Positions 50,710-61,307 of a stretch of 64,000 nt of DNA are shown one piece after another. Numbering within the stretch: position 1 is the stretch's first letter; the number at the start of each line of letters is the position of its first letter. Origin of the DNA: an uncultured Alphaproteobacteria bacterium (GTDB lineage Bacteria; Pseudomonadota; Alphaproteobacteria; Rs-D84); the NCBI GenBank assembly GCA_944389595.1, contig CALXMY010000002.1, positions 57,913 through 121,912 of the forward strand. The letters are read 5' to 3'. Position numbers and translations under genes: made by a program. The notes under the pieces were generated by a model. It saw nothing but the letters and a program-made list of their open reading frames with translations, searched no databases and was not told where the DNA came from.

Positions 50710-52047
50710 TTAATTAAATGTTCCGTCGGACCCGCGCATTGGGGCACTGGTTTCTGCGCGATTACCGGTATTTTTTTCGCCGTTCAGTGCGCATCTGGAC
50801 CATTTGCGGGCATTACATGTTTTTGTCCCAAGCCGGCCGTCTGATGTTACACAGGATACCGTTTTCCCATTTTCACATGTGTCGAAAACACAGGCCTGAA
50901 AATCCGATGCGTTCGAATTTGGAAAACAGTTATACATTTTTGTTCGTGATATAGCAGTTTTTTTAAGGCATAAACCGTTGCTGTAATATTCTGTATTATC
51001 GCATGTTATACATTCGTCGCGCGTTGGATGTTTATACGAGCCTTCGGGGCATGGTACGCACTTGCCCGATTCGTCATGGACATATTCGTCGATACAATCG
51101 GTGCAGTCACCCGTTTGCGAGTTAAACATAGTTGTCGGATCGGTGCATTCGGTGCATAAATCGGTGGTGCAGTTTGGGCCGTCAAAGCCCGGCATGCACA
51201 GTGTTTTTGTGGTATAGCCGCCTTTGTTATCGGTTACCTGCAGGTTTACCTGGGCATTGCTGTAATAATATTTTTGATTTTCCATGTATGTATAATCATC
51301 TTCTGACCATGCGCCATAGACACTGTGTGCAGTGACTGTTGCGGGCGATGCGATTATGCCATGGCCATTTTCCAGATATGATTTTGCGGCCAGAATCACG
51401 TCGTGTTCGCATCTTTTGCTGTAACATGATTTGCTATGTTGGAAAAAACCAAGTGTATTACGCATTGATTCTTCTATGCTGGAATTATCGTTGCCGCCAC
51501 TTTCGTTATATGTAATAAATTGTTTTAAATAATCCGGGGTTAAATTTATGTATACGCATGAATCCGGGGATGTTGCGCGGCCCAGGTTGCATCCGTCGCC
51601 GCTGTATCCGGGTTCGCATAACCAAAAACATGTTTTGCCCATATCGCCATCAGGTAATTGATATTGTGTCCATGTGTCGTTATATTGTGTGCCTTTGTTT
51701 TCATTTCTGGCGCGAATCTGGGTTGCACAAAAATATCCGCCATGTTCAACAATGATTCTGGCGGAATAGACGACGACAACGGCCTCTTTGTCATCATTGG
51801 CGGGCTTGTGTTTCGGCAATAGCCAAAAATCCATATCTGGTAACAGGGTAACAGGATCAATGGACATACCGTTTGACCATGTGTTTTCTAGTATGACCGG
51901 ATTGTTCCATGCGTCGTTTATAGCAGCCAAATCTTCATAATATTCTTTTATACGTTGCATCCATTCCGCAATTACATCTGTTGCGTTTTTTGCCATCGCA
52001 GAGTTACAATACAATGCCGAAAATAAACCACCGTTTGGATTAGGCAC
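50710..52047 (-). CDS. cysteine-rich protein with eukaryote-like EGF and ephrin-receptor/TNFR-like repeats
   Basis: 445 aa. EGF signatures CEPGYSGDGC and CMPGFDGPNC. C-x-x-C-P-x-G-S-Y repeats (CVPCPEGSYK...CITCDNTEYY). No obvious signal peptide. Confidence 0.5.
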   Translation of the reverse strand: MPNPNGGLFSALYCNSAMAKNATDVIAEWMQRIKEYYEDLAAINDAWNNPVILENTWSNGMSIDPVTLLPDMDFWLLPKHKPANDDKEAVVVVYSARIIVEHGGYFCATQIRARNENKGTQYNDTWTQYQLPDGDMGKTCFWLCEPGYSGDGCNLGRATSPDSCVYINLTPDYLKQFITYNESGGNDNSSIEESMRNTLGFFQHSKSCYSKRCEHDVILAAKSYLENGHGIIASPATVTAHSVYGAWSEDDYTYMENQKYYYSNAQVNLQVTDNKGGYTTKTLCMPGFDGPNCTTDLCTECTDPTTMFNSQTGDCTDCIDEYVHDESGKCVPCPEGSYKHPTRDECITCDNTEYYSNGLCLKKTAISRTKMYNCFPNSNASDFQACVFDTCENGKTVSCVTSDGRLGTKTCNARKWSRCALNGEKNTGNRAETSAPMRGSDGTFN

Positions 52048-52183
52048 AGACAGGAGGAGTAAAACATGCAGATTTCCGAGCTTTTTAATAAAATAAAAAC
52101 CACGCTTTTAATCGGTGGTTTATTTTCGGCACGGTTCTGTATGAATGTTATGTTATATTTGTTATTGAATCAAGTTGTTTTTT

Positions 52184-53038
52184 TTAATCCATTTTTAACA
52201 TCAAACCACAATGATCGGTTGGCTTTGCCGCCAGGCGTGGTGATATATCAATTTCACAATGTTTTATTGATGTCATTGCCGCGGGATTGGCCAAAAAATA
52301 ATCCAAACGTAATCCCTGGTTATTGCCAACAGTATCGCGGCCACGATAACCATACCACGTGTACCCAATTTCATCACCGTGCATTTTGCGCCATACGTCC
52401 GTCCAACCGCTGTCCAGCCATGATTGCATAATTTCGCGCGCGGCCGGGGCGGCGATTGCGATGCCAACATAATTTGCAGGTTTCCACACATCGGCATCAG
52501 TTAACGCCACGTTAAAATCACCGCCAATTATTACCTGTTCGGGTGAATTAACATATTGCGATATATAATCAGTAAATGCGCGCATCCATTCCAATTTATA
52601 TGGGAATTTTGGTGAATCAACTGTATCACCATTTGGCATATATACATTTATTACGCGTATATGTCCATTAATGACGCATTCAATAAAACGCGCATTTATA
52701 TCCGGATATGTTGGCAGTCCCATTGTTACATCTTCGATGGAATATTTTGAAAATACAGCAACCCCATTCCAACTTTTTTGACCATATACCTTGATATTAT
52801 AACCGTATTCATCAAACAAGTTGTGTGGGAAATTTGCCGTTTCTACCTTTAATTCCTGAACCAAAATGGTGTCGTATTCGCCACCACGCAGCAGGTCTAT
52901 GAAACTTTCCGCATGTGCGCGGATTGAATTGATATTTAATGTCAGTATTTTCATAATTGCAATCTTTTCCTTGGTTGATATAATAAGGGTTGTCCAATAT
53001 AAAAACAACAAGGAATTTTTATTATGAATATGTATCAA
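52184..53038 (-). CDS. xth: exodeoxyribonuclease III
   Basis: MKILTLNINSIRAH... EEP-fold ExoIII, with catalytic motifs (QELK, GDFN, C-terminal DHCGL). The likely true start is at about 52954. Confidence 0.85.
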   Translation of the reverse strand: MIHIHNKNSLLFLYWTTLIISTKEKIAIMKILTLNINSIRAHAESFIDLLRGGEYDTILVQELKVETANFPHNLFDEYGYNIKVYGQKSWNGVAVFSKYSIEDVTMGLPTYPDINARFIECVINGHIRVINVYMPNGDTVDSPKFPYKLEWMRAFTDYISQYVNSPEQVIIGGDFNVALTDADVWKPANYVGIAIAAPAAREIMQSWLDSGWTDVWRKMHGDEIGYTWYGYRGRDTVGNNQGLRLDYFLANPAAMTSIKHCEIDISPRLAAKPTDHCGLMLKMD

Positions 53039-54604
53039 TTGCTGGAACGTACCACCCAGGCGTGGCCGGACAATTTATTTTTGGTGCGCGAAAATGTTAC
53101 GTTCAAGGAATTCATAGATTTGGTCCGTGCGCGTGCAACATCATTGCATGCCGCGGGGGTAAAACGTGGCGATGTTGTCGGGGTTTTGGCGCATAATATA
53201 CCGGAATTTCCAACTACGCTGTTTGCAATATGGTATTTGGGGGCGACGGCATTATTGCTGGATACCAATTTAACGCCGTTTGAATATGATAATATGACCG
53301 AAACAACCAATTGTCATCTGGTGTGTGCGGAATCATCATTTTTCTATAAAACAAAAAAATTTAAATTTTATGATATAACCACACCAGATGAAAAAATAGA
53401 CGCACGGTTGAAACCGGCACCTGTGGAATCAACGGATACGGCAACATTGTCGTTTACATCGGGTTCAACTGGTACGCCAAAGGTTGTGCCATTAACGCAC
53501 TTTAATTTGGTGGAATGCGCAAATTCATTGGAAGATATGCATAAATGGATCAAGCCCGGGTTTGTGATGTATGGATTTTTGCCGATGTATCATATTTTCG
53601 GGTTTGCGGTTGAAATATTGGCAACCCTGCATTATGGGGCGGGGGTTTTATTACAACCCAGCATTAATCCAAAGGAAATCATGGCGGATTTCAAAGAATA
53701 TCGCCCGCATGTAATTCCGGCTGTCCCCAGATTGTGGGAGGTTTTACGCAACCGCATCATTGAAAATATCAAGGCGCAACACAAATGGTGGTTGGCATCG
53801 TTTGTTTTAAAATACGGTAAATTATTGAATAAAATTGGGTTGGGTGGATTGGTAAGAAAGGTCCAAGAACCTGTATTGGCCGTGTTTGGCGGTCGGGCAA
53901 AGTTATTAATTGCCGGCGGTGCCGCCACCAAGCCAGAGGTAGAAACATTCTATGAACGGTTGGGATTAACATTTATCCAGGGATATGGATTAACCGAAAC
54001 GGTTGGACCAATCTGTATTTCCAAACCAACAAAAAAACGTTTCCCGTTTGCTTTTGGTGGGCCGACCACAAACAACGAATGCGAAATTCGTGACAAGAAC
54101 GAGGATGGGGTCGGTGTTTTATGGGTGCGCGGACACCAGGTGTTTGGCGGATATATGAATAATCCGGCCGTAAACAGCGAAGTGTTCGACGAACGTGGAT
54201 TTTTTAACACTGGTGATATGGTGACCATGGATAAAAATGGTGAATTACATTTTGCCGGCCGGAAAAAACAGGTGATTGTTTTGGATTCTGGTAAAAATGT
54301 ATATCCTGACGAGTTAGAGGGCATGTTCATTGAAATTCCGGGGGTTAAAAATGTCGCCGTGTTCGAGCATAAGGTCAAAGGCAAAACCGTGACATATGGG
54401 GTGTTTAGTGTGGAACCCGATATGACAATGGAAAAATTATCTGCAGCAATTGCCCAGGCAAATAAAAAAGTCGCATCATATAAATGGGTGACGCATTTTG
54501 CCATGACCAAGGACGATTTACCCACCACCAGCACGCAAAAGGTTAAACACCATGTCGTGCGCCAGAATTTGATAGAGGGTAAATATCCTGACAGACATGA
54601 ATAA
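53024..54604 (+). CDS. AMP-dependent synthetase/ligase (acyl-CoA synthetase family)
   Basis: 526 aa. AMP-binding motif FTSGSTGTPKVV and the YGLTE core. Confidence 0.75.
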   Translation: MNMYQLLERTTQAWPDNLFLVRENVTFKEFIDLVRARATSLHAAGVKRGDVVGVLAHNIPEFPTTLFAIWYLGATALLLDTNLTPFEYDNMTETTNCHLVCAESSFFYKTKKFKFYDITTPDEKIDARLKPAPVESTDTATLSFTSGSTGTPKVVPLTHFNLVECANSLEDMHKWIKPGFVMYGFLPMYHIFGFAVEILATLHYGAGVLLQPSINPKEIMADFKEYRPHVIPAVPRLWEVLRNRIIENIKAQHKWWLASFVLKYGKLLNKIGLGGLVRKVQEPVLAVFGGRAKLLIAGGAATKPEVETFYERLGLTFIQGYGLTETVGPICISKPTKKRFPFAFGGPTTNNECEIRDKNEDGVGVLWVRGHQVFGGYMNNPAVNSEVFDERGFFNTGDMVTMDKNGELHFAGRKKQVIVLDSGKNVYPDELEGMFIEIPGVKNVAVFEHKVKGKTVTYGVFSVEPDMTMEKLSAAIAQANKKVASYKWVTHFAMTKDDLPTTSTQKVKHHVVRQNLIEGKYPDRHE

Positions 54605-54705
54605 ACAAAACGGGGCGGGGCCCCGTTTTAGTTACTGGTAACTGGTTACTCGTGTTCCCGCCCAGGGGGGGGTGGACATTTGTACGAACGACGCGATGGA
54701 TTAAT

Positions 54706-54736
54706 AAAAAATCGGCATATTATTGCCGATTTTTTA
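54706..54736 (+). terminator. rho-independent terminator
   Basis: ATCGGCA-tattat-TGCCGAT hairpin followed by TTTTT. A second, weaker GC hairpin (AAACGGGGC-ggg-GCCCCGTTT) lies at 54608-54628, directly after the stop. Confidence 0.6.
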
Positions 54737-55166
54737 AAGTTAAAGTATTTTGATAACTTTATAAAAATATATGTAATTTCATGTTGATATTTTTTATATT
54801 TAATAAATTAATTTTATGGTAAAACTGTTTTAATTTATATTTTGTATCAAATAAATTTAATCCTGGTGGGGTTGTTTTTATTATTAATGAAAGAATGTTT
54901 TACTTAAATTTTCCAATATGATAAAATACCAGTGATGGTACGGATTGTGCCATTGGGGTGTCAGAACCCGTTAAGCATGGTGTCTGCTGTATATTCGGCG
55001 GACAGGTTACTCCAATCAATATTTGGTTGGAGGGTGGCGGAATGTATAAATACGTCACACTATTTTCTATGCTTAATAGTTCTGAACCTCCAACCACCTG
55101 AAATTTATGGTGGTTTTTTGTTACGGCATGTGACAAAGGAGATGTAAACTGCTGTATTATTTTTTT

Positions 55167-56126
55167 GTGTTTTTGTTTTGTTTGATATGTATGGTGCCCG
55201 CGTTTGGTGATGTTACTTGTGCGTCCGGTTATGCTTTAAATGATGATGGGCAATGTGTTGCGCATTGTTTGGCTGGATGGTATGTTGCCGATGCGGGACA
55301 ACCATGCATAGAAATTAGACGTGGCAGTCCATATTATTCTGCGGAACATGATGTTGTATATGGCGATACATCGGGTGATAATTATAAAAAATGTCCGGAT
55401 CCTGATCCGAATACCCCCGGCGGATATGTATTTATAAATACTGCTGGGGTGGATTATAACAGACAAACGGATATCAGGCATTGTTTCCGCGTGGATGTGC
55501 CCGTACGATATTTTGAAAATGTTAACATACGAACATGCGACGGTAATGGGAATTGTATACATCAAATGACAACGCATGGTGTGGTAAATAATCCGTGCCC
55601 GTACCAGTATGGTGATGATGGTACCGCTGTTTACGGCGAAGGGGATGAATATCTTTGCTATGGCGGTTCCACAAATATGAAATCATGTGATGCAGGGTTT
55701 TATGCGCAAAAAACAAAAACGGGGTATTCCGGACGGTATTTTCCGTGTTCGCCCGTTGGCACCGAATATTATTCGCCGGATGGTGATTTGGCGCGGTATC
55801 CGTGCCCAACCGGTACGATGACATGCGGGTATGGTGATTGTGCGGATAGTATTGATGATTGCGTACCATATAAGATATTGCATATTGATGATTTAGCCAT
55901 ACGTGTTGCGGCATCAAAATATACCGTGCCCGCATTAAATATAAAAATGCCAGATGGCAATGTTTTTTATGGTTATACTGTGGTTGGTGATTTTTCACCG
56001 GCATTAAAATTTCGTGCGCCCAGTGGCAGTGTGTACAGTGTGATAAATCCGCTGGATGAATTTGAACGCGTTTTGATTCCGGCATATCATGTATGGCCGG
56101 CATATACCGAAATTGTTATACCGTGA
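55167..56126 (+). CDS. secreted cysteine-rich protein with ephrin-receptor/EGF-like repeats
   Basis: 319 aa. Signal peptide. CASGYALNDDGQCVAHC and CDAGFYAQ...CSPVGTEYYSPDGDLARYPCPTGTMTCGYGDC follow the C..G(F/Y)Y...C..CP.GT pattern. Confidence 0.5.
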   Translation: MFLFCLICMVPAFGDVTCASGYALNDDGQCVAHCLAGWYVADAGQPCIEIRRGSPYYSAEHDVVYGDTSGDNYKKCPDPDPNTPGGYVFINTAGVDYNRQTDIRHCFRVDVPVRYFENVNIRTCDGNGNCIHQMTTHGVVNNPCPYQYGDDGTAVYGEGDEYLCYGGSTNMKSCDAGFYAQKTKTGYSGRYFPCSPVGTEYYSPDGDLARYPCPTGTMTCGYGDCADSIDDCVPYKILHIDDLAIRVAASKYTVPALNIKMPDGNVFYGYTVVGDFSPALKFRAPSGSVYSVINPLDEFERVLIPAYHVWPAYTEIVIP

Positions 56127-57437
56127 TTATTTCCCTAAACATAATTGTGAAAATGTTGCGTCCAGCACTTCGGTGGCCGTGATTGTGCCCAATATTTTGC
56201 CAATTGCATCCGCCGCGCGACGGGTATGTTCGGCAAAGATATCATAATTTTCGGTGCCCGCGGTCAGGGCGTTTTTTAATTCGTTTGTGGCATCAGTTAA
56301 TAATTCGCGTGTGCGTGCATTGACCGCGACACCGGATTCGGCCGTCATTGCAATTCGTGCAATTTTTTTATTTATTGCCGCAATTAATTTTTTTATTCCG
56401 TTGCCTGTTTTGGCCGATACGTATATTGCGCCGTGTATTGGTGCTTTTTTACCGATGTCTGATTTATTTACAACGTATATTTCGTTTGTGGCGGGGCGTG
56501 CCGGAATTTTGATTTGATTCGTTGCGCTTTGCACATGAATTACAATATCTGCGTTTTCGATTTCAGATTTTGTACGTTCAATTCCAATTTTTTCAACCGC
56601 GTCCGTGGCGCGTCGTATTCCGGCCGTGTCCGATAAATTCACCATATATCCGCCCATATCAATTGTGGCGGATACCACGTCGCGCGTGGTGCCGGGGGTG
56701 TCGGATACTATGGCACGATTTGCGCCCAAAATCGCGTTAAACAGTGACGATTTTCCAACGTTTGTTTTTCCAATCAATGCCACGTTAAAACCGCCGCGTA
56801 TAGCGCGAACCGCCGCATAGCGCGAAATTGCAGTATTAATTTCATCGTATAATTTTTTTGTCTTGATGCGGATTGTTTCCCCAATATTTGCGGGTAATTC
56901 GTCATCCGCATAATCCAATATTGCCGCGGCATATGCGGAAATTTCAATCATTTGTCCGCGCCAATTGTTATAAATTTCACTGTCGCCACCCAACATTGAT
57001 GCCAGTGCCGATTTTCGTTGGGCATCAGTTTGTGCATCCAGCAATGCCGCCAGACCATCAATATCCGCCAAATCCATTTTGTTATTATAAAATGCGCGGC
57101 GCGAAAATTCGCCGGGTACCGCCATGCGACCGCCCATTTCGCGCAAATATTCAAATATTTTATCAACAACCGCCGGCGCGCCATGTGAATGTATTTCAAT
57201 TATATCTGTGCCGGTAAAAGAGTGTGGGGCGGCAAAATATACGGCAATAACCTGGTCAATCAAATCGCCCGCGTTGTCGTGAAAGTTTGCGAAATACGCA
57301 TGGCGGCTGTCCGCAGATTTACGATTTATAATTTTTAAAAATAAATCATATAAATCATCGCCCGATACACGTATGACTGCGACACCGGATTTTCCATGAC
57401 CCGACGACAGCGCAAAAATAGTTTCATTATTATTCAT
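56127..57437 (-). CDS. mnmE: tRNA modification GTPase MnmE (TrmE)
   Basis: 436 aa. N-terminal IFALSSGHGKSGVAVIRVSG, G-domain GKTNVGKSSL and DTAG, C-terminal CLGK. Confidence 0.9.
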   Translation of the reverse strand: MNNNETIFALSSGHGKSGVAVIRVSGDDLYDLFLKIINRKSADSRHAYFANFHDNAGDLIDQVIAVYFAAPHSFTGTDIIEIHSHGAPAVVDKIFEYLREMGGRMAVPGEFSRRAFYNNKMDLADIDGLAALLDAQTDAQRKSALASMLGGDSEIYNNWRGQMIEISAYAAAILDYADDELPANIGETIRIKTKKLYDEINTAISRYAAVRAIRGGFNVALIGKTNVGKSSLFNAILGANRAIVSDTPGTTRDVVSATIDMGGYMVNLSDTAGIRRATDAVEKIGIERTKSEIENADIVIHVQSATNQIKIPARPATNEIYVVNKSDIGKKAPIHGAIYVSAKTGNGIKKLIAAINKKIARIAMTAESGVAVNARTRELLTDATNELKNALTAGTENYDIFAEHTRRAADAIGKILGTITATEVLDATFSQLCLGK

Positions 57438-57440
57438 TTT

Positions 57441-58019
57441 TTATTTATTCCCGCTGATTTGTTTTAATGCCATTGGTACCAGTTTTGATACATCGGCATC
57501 CGGATTGGCGGCAACCAATTTTTGTGCCATGTCCACAATATCTAACCGCCGATACCCCAATGATTCCAGTGCAGCCAGCAAATCGGGCAGTGCGCCCGAC
57601 GCGCCATTTGTATTTGATATATCAAATGATGCACCGCCAACACGTGCCTTTAATTCGACTATGATTTTTTCGGCGACCTTTTTCCCAACACCCGGCGCGG
57701 CGGTAATTGTTTTTGCATCGCCCGTGGCGATTGCTGATAATAATGTATCAATTTTTATTGCGCCCATAATTGCCAACGCCAGTTTTGGCCCAACGCCCGA
57801 CACGGCTGTTAATTGATTAAACAAATTTTGTGCGGCCAGGGTTGAAAAACCAAACAGACGAATTGAATCCTCGCGTACAACTGTTTCAATCCACAGTGAA
57901 ACCACAGATTTTTGTGTCAGGTATTCTGGGGTAAAAACTTTGTATCCCACATCTGCCACCATCAAGATGATAAAACCGTCGCCAATATAATCAACTATTC
58001 CTTGCAATTTTCCAATCAT
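57441..58019 (-). CDS. ruvA: Holliday junction DNA helicase subunit RuvA
   Basis: 192 aa. MIGKLQG start and HhH motifs (LTAVSGVGPKLALAI). Confidence 0.85.
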   Translation of the reverse strand: MIGKLQGIVDYIGDGFIILMVADVGYKVFTPEYLTQKSVVSLWIETVVREDSIRLFGFSTLAAQNLFNQLTAVSGVGPKLALAIMGAIKIDTLLSAIATGDAKTITAAPGVGKKVAEKIIVELKARVGGASFDISNTNGASGALPDLLAALESLGYRRLDIVDMAQKLVAANPDADVSKLVPMALKQISGNK

Positions 58020-58071
58020 TTGGTATCCTTTTGCCAGTAATTTTAATTCAATATATATAAAAGGTCAAATT

Positions 58072-58788
58072 ATGAGTGGACACAGCAAATGGCATAATAT
58101 TCAGCACAAAAAGGGTGCTGTTGATGCGGCGCGCAGTGGTTTATTTACTAAATTGGCGCGTGAAATAACAATGGCGGCAAAATTGGGTGATAAAAATCCG
58201 GATAACAATCCGCGTCTGCGTTTGGCGATTTTGAATGCACGTAAAAATTCCATGCCGAATGATAATATCAAACGTGCTATTGACAAGGCATCGGGTGCAA
58301 ATACCGAAAATTATGTTGCGGTTCGGTACGAAGGATATGGCCCGGGTGCCGTCCCCGTTATTGTCGAGGCACTGACCGATAACCCGCGTCGCACTGTGCC
58401 GGAAATACGCAATATTTTTGCCAAAAATGGTGGTAATATGGGCGAAGAGGGCAGTGTCGTTTTCATGTTTACGCGTGCGGGACAAATTTTTTACCCTGCA
58501 TCAATCGGTAAAAGTGAAGACGAGATGATGGAAATTATTATGGATGTGAATGCGGATAATCTGGAATCGGACGAGGAAGGATTTATCATCACAACCAAAC
58601 CAGATGATTTTATCACCGTGCAAAAGACATTGGCCGATAAACTGGGTGAACCGGAAAAGGCCGAATTAACATGGATTCCAAATATGCCAATGGATTTAGA
58701 TGACGAGGCATACGCAAAACTGGAAAAATTGGTTGATGCGTTGGATGATAATGATGATGTGCAAAAGGTCTTTACCGCGGCAGCATAA
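58072..58788 (+). CDS. yebC: YebC/PmpR family transcriptional regulator
   Basis: MSGHSKWHNIQHKKGAVDAARSGLFTKLAREI, the canonical YebC N-terminus. 238 aa. Confidence 0.9.
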   Translation: MSGHSKWHNIQHKKGAVDAARSGLFTKLAREITMAAKLGDKNPDNNPRLRLAILNARKNSMPNDNIKRAIDKASGANTENYVAVRYEGYGPGAVPVIVEALTDNPRRTVPEIRNIFAKNGGNMGEEGSVVFMFTRAGQIFYPASIGKSEDEMMEIIMDVNADNLESDEEGFIITTKPDDFITVQKTLADKLGEPEKAELTWIPNMPMDLDDEAYAKLEKLVDALDDNDDVQKVFTAAA

Positions 58789-58820
58789 GTCAAGAGAGTA
58801 AAATTTTTATATATAGTATT

Positions 58821-58847
58821 ATCCGCGCGTGTGCGCGGATTTTTATT
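58821..58847 (+). terminator. rho-independent terminator after yebC
   Basis: ATCCGCGC-gtgt-GCGCGGAT hairpin followed by TTTTATT. Confidence 0.7.
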
Positions 58848-58929
58848 GTTGTCTGAATATGACTTTTGTCTTTTATGTCACTATTTTTTATGGTATAATT
58901 TACTGTCAGGTTTGTAAGAGGGCTAAATA

Positions 58930-59907
58930 ATGAAATTTCTGATTGTTGCGTTAATGGGTGTAACGTTTGTGACCGGCGCGTATGCGGCCGATGTTGCGGC
59001 GTTGGACGTTTCAATTGCGGCTGTGCGCGCGGCGTGTAATGGTTTGTCCGGTCAAATGGGCGAATTAAAACGCATGGCTGGAATTAATACCGCGGTAACG
59101 GGCGCGGGCACATTGGCCAGTGGTGGTGCAACCGCGGCGGGCATAGTTAAATCATCTGTTGATAAACAAGCCGACGAAATCGAAAATTGGCTGAACCAAT
59201 ACATGACGCAACCGACCAATATATCAGGTAACCCAAAAATTAATTTGGCAAATATAAACAGGGAAGAGTTTGCCATAACTGTCGGTGATTCCGGCGTTGT
59301 GGGGGCGGTTATAGGCGGAACAACAAATTCAGAAATTATTGCGAAACAACGCGAATTAGATGAAAAAAAACAGCAGTCAAAAACATTGGGTAATGTTCGT
59401 ACAGGATTATTGGCCACCGGAACAGTTGCAAATATTGCGGGCGCGGTAATTTCAGGGAAAAATCGTACCCAGGGTGGATTAGGGGCACAAATAAATGATT
59501 GTATTGATGCGGTGCGTGCGTTAGAAACTGCAAAGATGCAGGCGCATGTTGCGGGAACCGCCACGTCTGATAAAATTGTGCTTGCTGATAATATTATTTC
59601 TGCGTGTGGTGGATATAAAACTGCTGATTTATCGGTTGTTGATAATCGGGCCAAGGGGGCAACTATTTCCAGTGGAATTGGGGCGGCAACTGGGTTAATT
59701 GGAACAATTACATCGGGGGTTGCAAATTCAAAACCAATACGTGATGGTGATCAACAGCGTGAAAAAAATTTAAATACCGCATCAAATGTTTTAAGCGGTG
59801 CAACAACGGCGGCATCGTTGACGGCGACTATATTTAATGCAACACAAATAAATGCGGTTAAAAATTTGGTTCAAATAGCAGATCAATGCGAGGGAGCATT
59901 AAGATGA
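58930..59907 (+). CDS. hypothetical secreted Gly/Ala/Thr-rich protein
   Basis: 325 aa. Signal peptide ...GAYAADVA, with low-complexity G/A/T-rich segments. Confidence 0.45.
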   Translation: MKFLIVALMGVTFVTGAYAADVAALDVSIAAVRAACNGLSGQMGELKRMAGINTAVTGAGTLASGGATAAGIVKSSVDKQADEIENWLNQYMTQPTNISGNPKINLANINREEFAITVGDSGVVGAVIGGTTNSEIIAKQRELDEKKQQSKTLGNVRTGLLATGTVANIAGAVISGKNRTQGGLGAQINDCIDAVRALETAKMQAHVAGTATSDKIVLADNIISACGGYKTADLSVVDNRAKGATISSGIGAATGLIGTITSGVANSKPIRDGDQQREKNLNTASNVLSGATTAASLTATIFNATQINAVKNLVQIADQCEGALR

Positions 59908-60737
59908 AAAAATTATTTGTGATGTTTTTAGTGGCGGTTATGTTTATTTCACCCGCTGTATCCGCGGATGATAGTGAATTTACCATGGATACGCGTGTGG
60001 TGTTAAGTTACGATGATTTTGCAAATACAGAATTTTTCACATCACATGAAAATGGGTTTATGTGTTTTATGCTCTTTATGCAATGGATGGATTTATATTG
60101 GAATACCAAATATTTTGACGAGTCTGTAAATGGATATAATATTTCAATGTCAGAATTGTATAAATTATCAGATTTTGTTTTGCAAAATGTTTCCCATGAT
60201 AGAATACCAGAAGACATAATCAATTTTGAAAAAGAAAGTGATACAAATTCATGCAAATTTTTGCAGGCGGCATTACCAAATTCAATTTTACCAAACAGCA
60301 ATAAGCGCATCAGTGAGATAAGTACGGAGTTGGTTTTTGATGTTTTTTCTAATGCGGCGGATAAACAATCGAATAAATTATCAACAGAAACGAACACAAA
60401 TCATCAAACGCAAAATGTTACGGCAGATCCGGCACGCATTGATGCAAATATGAATGGCGACCCTGATGATATTTATGATATTGTTATTCAATATACAGAT
60501 ATGGATGCATCGAGTGTAAGAAGTCGTATGTTTTTAAAAATTCAGACATACATAATAAACAGATATTGCGCTACGGATAATGTGATGTTTAGTTGTGTGC
60601 CGGAACCTCGTTTGAATTGTGATTTATTACCAAACACAACATATTTGGAACGTGATCTGGATTTATTGTGTAATAATCGTAATTGGGGGGATTATGTCAT
60701 AGATGATGGGGTTTATGAATTAAGATTGGAACGTTAG
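59886..60737 (+). CDS. hypothetical secreted protein
   Basis: 283 aa. Signal peptide MKKLFVMFLVAVMFISPAVSA, with a likely start at 59904. Confidence 0.45.
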   Translation: MRGSIKMKKLFVMFLVAVMFISPAVSADDSEFTMDTRVVLSYDDFANTEFFTSHENGFMCFMLFMQWMDLYWNTKYFDESVNGYNISMSELYKLSDFVLQNVSHDRIPEDIINFEKESDTNSCKFLQAALPNSILPNSNKRISEISTELVFDVFSNAADKQSNKLSTETNTNHQTQNVTADPARIDANMNGDPDDIYDIVIQYTDMDASSVRSRMFLKIQTYIINRYCATDNVMFSCVPEPRLNCDLLPNTTYLERDLDLLCNNRNWGDYVIDDGVYELRLER

Positions 60738-60789
60738 TTCATTTGTTGGGTATCCCATGTTGAAAAACGTAATGTAAAAAGGAATTTTT

Positions 60790-61266
60790 ATGCGGATTTT
60801 GGGAATTGACCCAGGGTTGTTGCATACGGGGTGGGCCGTTATAGATGTTAAGGCGGCGGCATATCACTATGTTGCCAGTGGTGTTATTTTGCCAAAAACG
60901 TCGTTGCCGTTGTCTGAACGTTTGGCGACCATATTTCGCGGGGTTAATGATTTATGCGAAAATTTTTCACCTGATGTGTGCAGTATTGAAATTACGTTTG
61001 TAAACCAAAATCCAAAAACTACACTTGTTTTGGGGCATGCGCGTGCGGCGGCAATTGTGGCCGTGGCGAATCGCGATATTCCAATTTTTGAATATGAACC
61101 AAATAAGATTAAAAAGGCCCTGACATCAGCCGGGCATGCGGGCAAGGAACAAATTTATAAAATGGTGCGGATGTTGTTGCCGGCGGCAAATCCAAAAACG
61201 CCGGATGAAAGTGATGCAATTGCAATTGCATTGACGCATGCGAATATAAGCAGATTCAAATTTTAA
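60790..61266 (+). CDS. ruvC: crossover junction endodeoxyribonuclease RuvC
   Basis: MRILGIDPGLLHTGWAVID with catalytic Asp, 158 aa. Confidence 0.9.
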   Translation: MRILGIDPGLLHTGWAVIDVKAAAYHYVASGVILPKTSLPLSERLATIFRGVNDLCENFSPDVCSIEITFVNQNPKTTLVLGHARAAAIVAVANRDIPIFEYEPNKIKKALTSAGHAGKEQIYKMVRMLLPAANPKTPDESDAIAIALTHANISRFKF

Positions 61267-61307
61267 TATTTATATGTATATGATATAATATTTATGAATG
61301 GGGGGGC

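Noticed and set aside
52066-52431. 121-aa plus-strand ORF upstream of or overlapping xth
   Set aside because: It is antisense to the xth 3' region and is low-complexity.
54900-55147. Two short overlapping ORFs in the AT-rich spacer before the Cys-rich secreted gene
   Set aside because: They are mutually antisense, sit in AT-rich non-coding sequence, and have no RBS. They more likely lie within the promoter or regulatory region.
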